From positions 2,125 to 66,124 of the forward strand of contig DAHUYP010000024.1 in assembly GCA_027315105.1 (NCBI GenBank): a stretch of 64,000 bases of DNA, written 5' to 3'. The DNA is from Gammaproteobacteria bacterium (GTDB lineage Bacteria > Pseudomonadota > Gammaproteobacteria > Steroidobacterales > Steroidobacteraceae). This document shows, one piece after another, positions 10,592-18,415 of this stretch. How positions within the stretch are numbered: the stretch's first letter is position 1; each line of letters starts with the position of its first letter. Made by a program: the position numbers and the translations under genes. A model generated the notes under the pieces. That model made no database searches. It was not told the origin of the DNA and saw only the letters and a list, made by a program, of their open reading frames with translations.

Positions 10592-11410
10592 GTGTCCACC
10601 ATCCACTCGAAGGCGAAAGTCACGCTGAATTCGCTCGCGGCGCTCAAGACCAGGGGCGAGCGCTTCGCCTGCGTCACGGCCTATGACGCGACCTTCGCGG
10701 AAATCGCGAGCAGCGCCGGCATCGAGGTGCTGCTGGTGGGCGACAGCCTCGGCATGGTGATCCAGGGCCACGACTCGACCCTGCCCGTGACCATGCAGGA
10801 CATCCTCTATCATCTCGAGGCCGTGAAACGCGGCAATACCGGCTCGCTCATCATGGGCGACATGCCGTTCATGAGCTATTACTCCGAGGGCCTGACGCTC
10901 GACAATGCGGCGCAGCTGATGCGCGCCGGGGCGCACATCGTCAAGCTCGAGGGCGGACGCTGGATCGCCGAGTCCACGCGCCTGCTGGTGGAACGGGGCA
11001 TTCCGGTGTGCGCGCACATGGGGCTGACCCCGCAATCGGTCAATCGCTTCGGCGGATTCCGCGTGCAGGGCCGGGACCCGGAGCAGGCGCAGACCATTCT
11101 CGATGAGGCCGTGTTCCTCGAGCAGGCGGGCGCCAGCCTGCTGCTGCTCGAGGCGATCCCGCAGCAGCTCGCCGAGCGCATCACGCAGCGCCTGCGCATT
11201 CCGGTGATCGGCATCGGCGCGGGCAAGCACGTCGACGGGCAGATCATGGTGATGCACGATCTGCTGGGCATCACGCCGCCCGACATCAAGGTGCCCAAGT
11301 TCGTGAAGAATTTCCTGGCGGAGAGCCACGGTGGAATCCGCGGCGCCTTCGAGGCCTTTGCGCGCGCGGTCAAGGACGGCTCGTTCCCGGGACCGGAACA
11401 CAGCTATTAG
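10592..11410 (+). CDS. panB: 3-methyl-2-oxobutanoate hydroxymethyltransferase
   Basis: KVTLNSLAALKTRGERFACVTAYDATFAEI..LLVGDSLGMVIQGHDSTLPVT..GDMPFMSY is canonical PanB. GTG 10592 is in frame with the track ORF and preceded by GGGAGGA. Upstream track residues are Arg/Ala junk. Confidence 0.9.
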   Translation: MSTIHSKAKVTLNSLAALKTRGERFACVTAYDATFAEIASSAGIEVLLVGDSLGMVIQGHDSTLPVTMQDILYHLEAVKRGNTGSLIMGDMPFMSYYSEGLTLDNAAQLMRAGAHIVKLEGGRWIAESTRLLVERGIPVCAHMGLTPQSVNRFGGFRVQGRDPEQAQTILDEAVFLEQAGASLLLLEAIPQQLAERITQRLRIPVIGIGAGKHVDGQIMVMHDLLGITPPDIKVPKFVKNFLAESHGGIRGAFEAFARAVKDGSFPGPEHSY

Positions 11411-11416
11411 GGCCCG

Positions 11417-11887
11417 ATGAAGCGGATTTCCTCACGCGCGACGTTCTTCTACAAGCGCATCTTCCCGCTGCTCTGGCTCGGCATGCTGGCCTCGTTCGCG
11501 AGCGTCGCGCTGTGGGGGAGCGGGCGAGGCCATGCAGGGAGCATGCTGGTACTGGCGCCGCTCGCGCTGATGACGCTGGTCGGCTTCACGCTGTTCCGCT
11601 ACCTCATCTTCGACCTGGCCGACGAGGTGTGGGACGACGGCGAGTCGCTGATCGTCAGGAACGGCGGCGTCGAGCAGCGCGTCATGCTCGGCAACATCAT
11701 CAACGTCGGCTTCACGGTGCTGACCAACCCGCCGCGCGTGACGTTGACGCTGCGGCAGCCCGGAGCGCTGGGCCGGGAGATCACCTTCAGTCCGCAACGC
11801 CGATTTCCGGGCTTCAGACGCAGCCCGATCATTGACGAGCTCATCGAGCGCGTGGATCGCGCGCGGCGGGACGGCCGATCGGGGTGA
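11417..11887 (+). CDS. hypothetical membrane protein (2 TM + soluble C-terminal domain)
   Basis: MKRISSRATFFYKRIFPLLWLGMLASFASVALWG.. and a second TM LVLAPLALMTLVGFTLF. Lies 6 nt after the panB stop. No family recognised. Confidence 0.6.
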   Translation: MKRISSRATFFYKRIFPLLWLGMLASFASVALWGSGRGHAGSMLVLAPLALMTLVGFTLFRYLIFDLADEVWDDGESLIVRNGGVEQRVMLGNIINVGFTVLTNPPRVTLTLRQPGALGREITFSPQRRFPGFRRSPIIDELIERVDRARRDGRSG

Positions 11888-11978
11888 GCCGACATATCAC
11901 GTTGACCGCAGCCCGGCCGAACGCCATTCGAGTGCTGCGGGACCTGATGCCTGATGGAACGATGAGGAGCCCGGCAAC

Positions 11979-12794
11979 ATGCTCGTTCGAGTCGACGACG
12001 TCTCCGCTCCGGGCGACCGGCTGACGATCGCAGCCATTGCGATCACCGCCTACCTGTGCTCGGGGGCGATGCACGAAGCGGCCGGGCACGGCCTGGCCGC
12101 GATCCTGGTGGGGCTGCACCCGACGCGCGTGTCCACGGTCGATCTGGAGGTCAGCTTCTTCCAGGTGCCGCCGTGGAAGGTGCGTCTCGTCGCCGCGGCG
12201 GGTTGTGGGGCCAATCTGGTGCTGGCGGGACTCGCCATGCTCGCGGGCTCATGGGCCGCCGGACGCTCGGCCGCCACGCGCTATTTCTTCTGGCTGCTGG
12301 CGACCATCAACATCCTGATCCCCGGGGGTTATCTGATGGTCATGACCTTCGCCGGAATCGGCGACTGGGGCGATTTCGTTGGCGGCCTCGATCAACCGCT
12401 GATCTGGAAGACCGGCCTGACGCTGCTCGGAGTCGGAATCTCGCTCTACGGCCTGCGATGGGGGGTAAGGCATCTGGAACCATTCCTCGGCGGGCCGCGC
12501 AGCAGACGGCGTGCATGGAGCCTCACGCTCATTCCGTATCTGGCCGGATCGGTGACCGACACGCTGGCGGGCGTGCTCAATCCCACCAGCCCGTGGCTGA
12601 TCCTGATCTCCGCCGCGGCCGCAAGCTTCGGCGGCACCAGCTGGCTGCTCTGGATCGGCGGCCTGGCGGCGCGCCGCCAGCTGCCGTTGCCGGCGCCGCA
12701 GAATCTGCTGGTGCGGGACAATCGCTGGCTCGCGGCCGGAGCCATCAGCATCGTCATCTTCTTTTTCGTGCTCGGGCCCGGGGTGCCGCGGTGA
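11979..12794 (+). CDS. hypothetical polytopic membrane protein
   Basis: GAGGAG 9 nt before ATG 11979. About 7 hydrophobic segments. A first-helix HEAAGH motif (HExxxH, not canonical HExxH). Confidence 0.6.
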   Translation: MLVRVDDVSAPGDRLTIAAIAITAYLCSGAMHEAAGHGLAAILVGLHPTRVSTVDLEVSFFQVPPWKVRLVAAAGCGANLVLAGLAMLAGSWAAGRSAATRYFFWLLATINILIPGGYLMVMTFAGIGDWGDFVGGLDQPLIWKTGLTLLGVGISLYGLRWGVRHLEPFLGGPRSRRRAWSLTLIPYLAGSVTDTLAGVLNPTSPWLILISAAAASFGGTSWLLWIGGLAARRQLPLPAPQNLLVRDNRWLAAGAISIVIFFFVLGPGVPR

Positions 12795-13001
12795 GTGCAG
12801 CCGATGCCGCCAGAGCCGCGGCCACCACTCTTCGAGCACTCAAGACGAACAACGTGAAGGCACTTGCGCGCCCGCAGCATTGCCTGGTGATCCAGGCGCT
12901 TCGCTGCTGAACGTGCCGTGGTAATGTCGCGCCAAACGGGGCATTCACGGTACCAGGCGCCGGAGCGGATGCATCATCCATGGATTGATATGTGAGGGCG
13001 G

Positions 13002-13409
13002 ATGTCACCACGACGTGCGAGGAGATCACGCGCGATGAATTGCGGCCAATGGCCGCCCAACTTGCCGACTTTGCGCGAGCAGCAGGAACCGGTGCAGCGT
13101 CATGCCCGGGCCCGCTTCATTGCCATGATGGACCTGGACAACTACGGCGGGGAGGAATTCCTGCTTTGCATTCCTTACATCGAAGAAACACCCGGCGCTG
13201 ACCGGCTCAAGAGCCTTTGCGAGGGCCTCGCCGAATTGGACATTGATGTCGGTGGCAAGCAACCGATTCACATTTCCGCATCCTTTGGCGTGGCGCCGCT
13301 CGATCCGAACGTCCCGGTTGAAGCCTGGATTGACCGCGCCGACAAGGCATCGAATTCGGCGAAATCGCCGGGACGGAATTGCGTGCGCGTATGGGATCGA
13401 GCGATGTAA
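13002..13409 (+). pseudogene. collapsed GGDEF-domain remnant
   Basis: ..FIAMMDLDN joined directly to YGGEEFLLCIP.., then ISASFGVA..WIDRADKASNSAKSPGRNCV. The roughly 35-45 residues normally lying between the DxD and GG(D/E)EF elements are missing, and there is no sensor domain. Confidence 0.5.
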
Positions 13410-13574
13410 GGACGAGTGGGCGTTCAACATGGGCACGGCAGGTCAAAGTACACCACTCGTGGCCGGGCCAAGATTCCCCACCGATGCGTCGGGATGCGGC
13501 ATGATGCCGCGGCGGCGGCGCCTCGATGCGCAGCCGGTGCAGGATATCGAACATGGCCGCTTTGCTCCTTCGTG

Positions 13575-14234
13575 TCAGGTCGCCCGCGCCAGCGCGACGA
13601 CGCGCTCCCAGCTCGTCACCTGCATGCTCGGCCGCCCGTTCATGCGCTCGAGCCAGCCGACGAGATTGGCGCGCTCCTGCGTCAACGGCGTCCATTCCGG
13701 CGTCTGTGCGAGGAAGTCCATCTGTGCAGCCACCATCAGGTCGGCAAGACTCGCAGCGATACCTGTGAGATAGGGCTGCGCGCCGAGAAGACGCGACAGC
13801 TCGGCGAAGACCCGATGTGCCCTGGGCATCGCGGCGGCAATGGCCGCTTCGTCCGGTGCCAGCCCGAGCAGGCGCGGGCCGACGAGGCGATGGAAGCCGA
13901 TCACGCTGTTGACGCCCTGGTACAGATACCAGTCGCAGATACCCATGATCTGATCCATGCGCGCGGCCTGGCGCGGATCGGACGGCGTCAGCGGCGGGGC
14001 CGGCAGGATGCGCTCGAGATGACGCAGGATGGCCTGAGTCTCGTAGAGCACGAAATCGCCGTGCTCGAACGTCGGGACGCGGCCGAACGCATTGAGGCTG
14101 CGATAGGGCTCCTCATGCCGCGCCTGCGGATTGACGGCGCGGAAACGATAGGGCGCGCTCTTCTCGGCCAGCGTGGCGAGCACCGCGCGGCCGAAGGGAC
14201 TCCCCGGAATGCTGTGGACGACGAAATCGGACAT
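13575..14234 (-). CDS. glutathione S-transferase
   Basis: MSDFVVHSIPGSPFGRAVLATLAEK..FGRVPTFEHGDFVLYETQAILRHLE (thioredoxin-like GST N-domain) followed by a helical C-domain. Confidence 0.85.
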   Translation of the reverse strand: MSDFVVHSIPGSPFGRAVLATLAEKSAPYRFRAVNPQARHEEPYRSLNAFGRVPTFEHGDFVLYETQAILRHLERILPAPPLTPSDPRQAARMDQIMGICDWYLYQGVNSVIGFHRLVGPRLLGLAPDEAAIAAAMPRAHRVFAELSRLLGAQPYLTGIAASLADLMVAAQMDFLAQTPEWTPLTQERANLVGWLERMNGRPSMQVTSWERVVALARAT

Positions 14235-14246
14235 CGCGTGATCTCC

Positions 14247-14702
14247 TCAGGTGCCGGTGAAATCGGCGAAGTTGCGCAGTCGGGTGGGCCAGCCGCCGTT
14301 GAGCTTCTGCACGTGGCCGGCGGCGTCCGCGCCGAAGCGTTCCAGATCGCGATGGACCAGGGTCACCCTGGTGCCACCGGCGGCAAGCGGGGCGAAGTTG
14401 ATCTCGACTTCGGTGAGAAGACCGGGATCGAAACCCCATTTGCAGTCGATCTGCCAGCCGAGCAACACGCGGCCAGGCGGCTCCCAGGCGAGCACCTTGC
14501 CCCATTGCGTCTCCTTGCCGTCCTCGTCGCGCTCGAACCAGCGCCCGCCCGGCTGCGGCTCGATGATGATGGCCGCATGCGGCTTGCCGCCGATGGTGCC
14601 GCCCTGCGGCCACCAGCGCGACATCTGCATCGTGAACAGTTCGAATGCGCGCGCCGGCGCCGCCTTGACTTCCACGCTGTGCACGATCGGGGCGATGCTC
14701 AT
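14247..14702 (-). CDS. SRPBCC/AHSA1-family protein
   Basis: VHSVEVKAAPARAFELFT..WWP..IIEPQPGGRWFERDEDGKETQWGKVLAWEPPGRVLL. Typically partnered with ArsR. Confidence 0.85.
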   Translation of the reverse strand: MSIAPIVHSVEVKAAPARAFELFTMQMSRWWPQGGTIGGKPHAAIIIEPQPGGRWFERDEDGKETQWGKVLAWEPPGRVLLGWQIDCKWGFDPGLLTEVEINFAPLAAGGTRVTLVHRDLERFGADAAGHVQKLNGGWPTRLRNFADFTGT

Positions 14703-15037
14703 CTTGAGTCCTCCTCCTCATCATGATGATCGTCGGCGAACTCCCGAAAGCCATCGAGTGCCGAGCGCCAATGCCGGTCCAGCCATGCGCGCATGGCGCC
14801 AATGCCGCGCGGATCGAGCCTATAGATGTGCCGGGTGCCACTCGCGGTCTCGCGCACGAGTCCCGCCGCCTTGAGCACACGCAGATGCTGCGACACTGCG
14901 GGACGGCTCACCGGCAAGCCGCGGGCAATCTCGCCCACCGCGGCAGGCGAGGCAGCCAGGCGCTCGAAGATCGCGCGCCGCGTGGGGTCGCCCAGGGCGG
15001 CAAGGCTCTTCGACGCCGAACTCTTATGGTAAGTCAT
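14699..15037 (-). CDS. ArsR/SmtB-family transcriptional regulator
   Basis: LAALGDPTRRAIFERLAASPAAVGEIARGLPVSRPAVSQHLRVLKAAGLV. Its stop overlaps the SRPBCC start by 4 nt. Confidence 0.9.
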   Translation of the reverse strand: MTYHKSSASKSLAALGDPTRRAIFERLAASPAAVGEIARGLPVSRPAVSQHLRVLKAAGLVRETASGTRHIYRLDPRGIGAMRAWLDRHWRSALDGFREFADDHHDEEEDSR

Positions 15038-15105
15038 GGCTAACGGTAAGCATACGCTATCTGAATGTCAACGGCTTCGCCGCAGGGACCGCGACCCTCC
15101 GAATC

Positions 15106-15861
15106 TCAGGGCCACGGCTGTGCCGATATCAGCCGCGCCGCCTCCTCGACGCATGGACCCAGCTCGATGACGGATCGCGCGGCGAGGTCGCGGCGGGAGA
15201 AGATCGTGATCTGCCGCATCAGGTCGGCGGCCCGCGGGCATGCCAGGCGAATCACATCCATTGCGGATGCGCCCGCTGACCCGGGCGGCAGGTTCTCCGC
15301 CAGTGGGTCGAGGTTGCCGGTGATAGCCAGCAGTATGTTGTTGGAGTCGTGCGCAATACCGCTAGCAATGCTACCCAGAGCCCGCATCTTCTGCGACTGC
15401 CGCGGCTCCTCCTGAAGAGTCAACCGTTCCTGCTCGGCCGCCACCTTGTGGCTCAGGTCGGTGAATGTCGCAAGCACGCACTGTTCACCGAGTATTGTCA
15501 GGACATTGACTGTCATCAAGACGGGCACGTTGCCGCCGCACCGACGTCGAGGCTCGAGCTCCATTCCTTTGGCTATGTCGCCCCGCTCGATGAGCGCCAG
15601 GATCTGTTTGCGCGCGTCCGGTATCGGGTAGAAGGCGAGCTCGCCGACCGCTTTCCCGACGACGTCTTGCCGGCGCAGACCGAAAAGTGTCTGGAAGGAG
15701 GCATTGACATCGAGAATGATGTCGTCCGAGAGGCGGCGGATTGCCATGCCGATCGAGCTGCCGTGAAAAACAGTGGCAAATAGCTGTCTGCTTTCGTTGA
15801 GTGCTTCCAGTTGAGCTTTCAGCTCCTGGTTCAGTGTCCCGATCCTGGCGTGCGCGCGCTT
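15106..15861 (-). pseudogene. sensor histidine kinase remnant (coiled coil + PAS + HisKA only)
   Basis: Frame is open from 15861, directly after an in-frame TGA: ..GTLNQELKAQLEALNESRQLFATVFHGSSIGMAIRRL.., a PAS core, then the H-box GSIASGIAHDSNNILLAITGNL. Stops at 15106 with no HATPase_c boxes. The N-terminus is cut at the ISL3 remnant. Confidence 0.6.
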
Positions 15862-15864
15862 TCA

Positions 15865-16198
15865 ATCAGTGACGTCGATGCCGGGCGAGAGCCGTAGGTC
15901 ATGCGCCGATGACTTCGATCTTGGAGTTGATGGCCTCGATGAGGTTGGTGCCGAGGGGGTATCGGCAGCGCGCCAGGATCCTCAGCAGGTATGGGCGTAG
16001 CGCCCGGGCGGAGCGCTTGAGCGGTTCGATGCCGCGTCGCAGCGCCTTGCGGTACCAGCTGCTCCAGGGCTTGGCGGCCCGCTCCGGCTGGCGCTGTGCC
16101 CATACATCCTTCAGAGCGTCTCGCGGCACGTAGACAACGAACAGGCTGTGATTGGCGCTCGGCAGTTCGCCGAGTTCGACAGTCGTCTCCTGGATTGA
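15865..16198 (-). mobile_element. ISL3-family transposase 3' remnant (frameshifted)
   Basis: ..ALKDVWAQRQPERAAKPWSSWYRKALRRGIEPLKRSARALRPYLLRILARCRYPLGTNLIEAINSKIEVIGA resembles by eye the C-terminal region of ISL3 transposases (..GplEGiNnkIKvikR). The following RRMTYG (cf. RRAYGFR) is in another frame. No N-terminal two thirds and no IRs identified. Confidence 0.6.
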
Positions 16199-16235
16199 GG
16201 AGACGCGGTTCTTCAGCAGCGGCCAGCGGGCACCC

Positions 16236-16445
16236 CTTGACGTTCAAAACGTCACGCAGTCCCTCTCCATGGACGATGCCCGAGAGCGGATCGAAGCTTG
16301 GCGGATCGTTTACAATGCGCATCGAGCCCCCCCGCTCACTCGGTCATCTGACACCGAGCGAGTTTGCACGGAAACGTCATGGAAAAAGGACGTCAGAAGC
16401 AGCGAGTCTCTAGCACCGAACCGTCCCTCAATTGGGGCAGTGTCA
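16236..16445 (+). mobile_element. IS3-family transposase (OrfB) 3' remnant (frameshifted)
   Basis: LDVQNVTQSLSMDDARERIEAWRIVYNAHR, then in another frame PPRSLGHLTPSEFARK, matches the IS3 OrfB tail (..sl.dAr..ieaWr.dYN..RPHssLg.ltPaEFa). Stop at 16411-16413. A ..TGTCA at 16441-16445 could be the element terminus. Confidence 0.55.
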
Positions 16446-16466
16446 CTATTTCATAGGAGCGGTGTT

Positions 16467-17144
16467 GTGTGGAAGCGGCGCGGCCGGGGCAGAAAATCTG
16501 AAAGCATGTGGCGTTCAAGAGAAATTCCATACCTGCTAACTATTCTCATGGCAGTGGTAGCTTGGAGCGTCCAGCGGATAGTAGATCGTGCTACCGCGCT
16601 GCCACTGGTTTCATATGAGATCAAATCAAATATCGAGGGTATCCCCGCGCAAGCTCTTGTGGTTCCATCCTGTGTCGAGGGCGCCAAGACAACGGCTGTA
16701 CGAGTATGGCTAGTGCGGTTTCACAACCTCAGCGGAACAGCCTTTTTGAACACCGACTTTATCTTCCAGGCGCTGGGCCCAAATCCTCACATTCTGGCGG
16801 TGAGATGGACCGACATCCCCCCCGCCGATGCGGGCGGCGTACCTAATAATCGGTGCTCGCCCCCAGGGGCGGAAAGTGAGTCTCTGCACCTTCAAGAGTT
16901 TCAGCCGGACTGGTCCGGGATAGCTCGAGTGTGGGCCTTTAATGCGACCGCTATTACCGTGATGCATCATTTCTCGGACTTGGCCGCAGGCTCTGCGCAT
17001 CCCGCCATGCGCCTTATGGAATCTGGGTTGACGACAGCGATTGTGGAACACGAATTCGGTCTCTATGCTTGTTTGGCAGTAGCGGCAATTCTAATGATTG
17101 TTCTGTTCTTGTGGCTCGTGCCCAAGTCAAAAGGCGATGAGTAG
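16467..17144 (+). CDS. hypothetical bitopic/hairpin membrane protein (islet ORF-A)
   Basis: GTG 16467 with AGGAG 7 nt upstream (alternative ATG 16506). Basic N-tail, TM IPYLLTILMAVVAWSV, about 150-aa beta-rich middle, TM LYACLAVAAILMIVLFLWLV, KSKGDE tail. A 225-codon ORF in about 43% GC DNA is unlikely by chance. Confidence 0.55.
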   Translation: MWKRRGRGRKSESMWRSREIPYLLTILMAVVAWSVQRIVDRATALPLVSYEIKSNIEGIPAQALVVPSCVEGAKTTAVRVWLVRFHNLSGTAFLNTDFIFQALGPNPHILAVRWTDIPPADAGGVPNNRCSPPGAESESLHLQEFQPDWSGIARVWAFNATAITVMHHFSDLAAGSAHPAMRLMESGLTTAIVEHEFGLYACLAVAAILMIVLFLWLVPKSKGDE

Positions 17145-18009
17145 ATTTTCGAATCCAAGCAGAATTGTCGTCGCATTGTTAGTGGCGGCGAAAGTGAACG
17201 CGGGTTCGCTCATCAAGGTCATCGATAAAGATCAAGATGCTCCGGTGCAAAGTCGCATAGAGATCAATGCTCGAAACATGGGCTCAACTCAACCAGACGG
17301 CATCTTGAAACTACGCGTACCGTGTAAGGCCAGTGATTTGGTGGCAGCGATCCCGTTATCAGCCGACTACGTAAAGGGGGCCGCCTACTGCAATTCGCAA
17401 GGTGACCAAACCCAAGTAACAGTCTATCGCCGCAGCGTGCTCGTAGTTCTCGAGGCGCAGTTTCAGCATGCTAAACACGTGTCCGACCTGAGCGCAGAAA
17501 GTATATTGGCCAGGGAGATTTCAGGGCGCTACAAAGGCATAGACTCCAGCCAAGTTAGGAAGTACGAATCTGAGGCGGCTGCCGCAGAGGTGGCAATATC
17601 ACGGTTGCCTAAGAGCGCAGTGACGAAGATAGAATTCGGCTATCTCAGGGATTCTAAGAATTGGACTTATTTCGAAGACAATATCAACGAAGATCGCACT
17701 TGGGTACTCAACGGCAGAGTTGCAGTTGACTGGCACCCGGAAACGGGGCTACAAGCCAAGGAAGTAGCCAGCGGACAAGTCGTCTGGGAAGTGCCAACAA
17801 GCTCGGAAGTTGTATCGCGGCCACTCCGGTATCGAATTGGGAATAAAACCTATCTGTCGGTGGAAGGATCCGGATCCCCTAAGAAGGAGGTGCTAGAGTT
17901 AAGCGACAACTTCGAAGCCATAGGGACCGCGCCGATGGCACAGAACCCCGAGAACCAAAATAAGCAAGAAGGCGGCACGGTCTACACTTTCCCGTTGCGA
18001 TCTCCCTGA
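17137..18009 (+). CDS. hypothetical secreted protein (islet ORF-B)
   Basis: ATG 17137 overlaps the ORF-A stop (ATGAGTAG). Signal peptide MSRFSNPSRIVVALLVAAKVNA-GS. The N-terminal segment VIDKDQDAPVQSRIEIN..DGILKLRVPC resembles a CarboxypepD_reg-like beta sandwich. The rest is unassigned. Confidence 0.6.
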   Translation: MSRFSNPSRIVVALLVAAKVNAGSLIKVIDKDQDAPVQSRIEINARNMGSTQPDGILKLRVPCKASDLVAAIPLSADYVKGAAYCNSQGDQTQVTVYRRSVLVVLEAQFQHAKHVSDLSAESILAREISGRYKGIDSSQVRKYESEAAAAEVAISRLPKSAVTKIEFGYLRDSKNWTYFEDNINEDRTWVLNGRVAVDWHPETGLQAKEVASGQVVWEVPTSSEVVSRPLRYRIGNKTYLSVEGSGSPKKEVLELSDNFEAIGTAPMAQNPENQNKQEGGTVYTFPLRSP

Positions 18010-18133
18010 AGGGTAGCGTTTCCGCTGGTCAACAACTTTAGCCGCGCTCGAAAGATTGCTCAGCCTCTGACGAACCTTCGGACACGCTCAATATGTTGTT
18101 CGGCACCGTTCTGCAGACTTCGCAGATGTAAAT

Positions 18134-18210
18134 TGGCGCGCCCGGAGAGATTCGAACTCCCGACCCCCTGGTTCGTAGCCAGGTACTCTATCCAACTGAG
18201 CTACGGGCGC
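18134..18210 (-). tRNA. tRNA-Arg (anticodon ACG)
   Basis: The reverse complement GCGCCCGTAGCTCAGTTGGATAGAGTACCTGGCTACGAACCAGGGGGTCGGGAGTTCGAATCTCTCCGGGCGCGCCA folds as a cloverleaf. It has a 7-bp acceptor stem GCGCCCG/CGGGCGC, anticodon stem CCTGG/CCAGG, loop CTACGAA, T-loop TTCGAAT and an encoded CCA. Confidence 0.95.
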
Positions 18211-18415
18211 GCTGTCTTGGCTGCTGCGAGGCGGCGGCTTCAGGCCGGCGCGGCTGCGGTTGCAAAGAGCCGCGCATTCTAAGGTCGGACGGCGGATCCG
18301 TCCAGACGCGGCAGCGGCATGAGCGGGGCCGCCCGAGGCGGCGCGGATTCGCGTGGAATCAAGATCTTGGGCCCGCGCCGGTGGTCTGCGGCGCGCGCCG
18401 ATCAGGGTACGCCTA

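Larger units (their letters stand above)
16446..18133. other. compositionally foreign low-GC islet between IS debris and tRNA-Arg
   Basis: Hand counts give 26/60 GC (line 16501), 26/60 (line 17221) and 22/60 (line 17641), against 43/60 in line 20041. Confidence 0.7.

Noticed and set aside
10331-11410. N-terminally extended versions of real genes as listed in the track, for example panB 359 aa, ppsA 988 aa from 42583, lon 948 aa from 48880, 8471..10105 (544 aa) and fixL from 55517.
   Set aside because: The extensions are Arg-rich junk, lack SD sequences and overrun neighbouring genes. Internal ATG/GTG/TTG codons with GGAG-type SD sequences give proteins that align end-to-end with the family N-termini.
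15862-18210. An intact integrative element at tRNA-Arg, with an integrase and an att direct repeat of the tRNA 3' end.
   Set aside because: No integrase or recombinase ORF is present, and by eye I could not find a copy of TTCGAACTCCCGACCCC or the acceptor arm at the distal side. The tract is therefore described only as decayed cargo.
18376-18400. Hairpin CGCGCCG..CGGCGCG downstream of ompW as a rho-independent terminator.
   Set aside because: The stem exists, but no U-tract follows on the transcribed strand, and it lies in the tRNA upstream region. The evidence is too weak to call.
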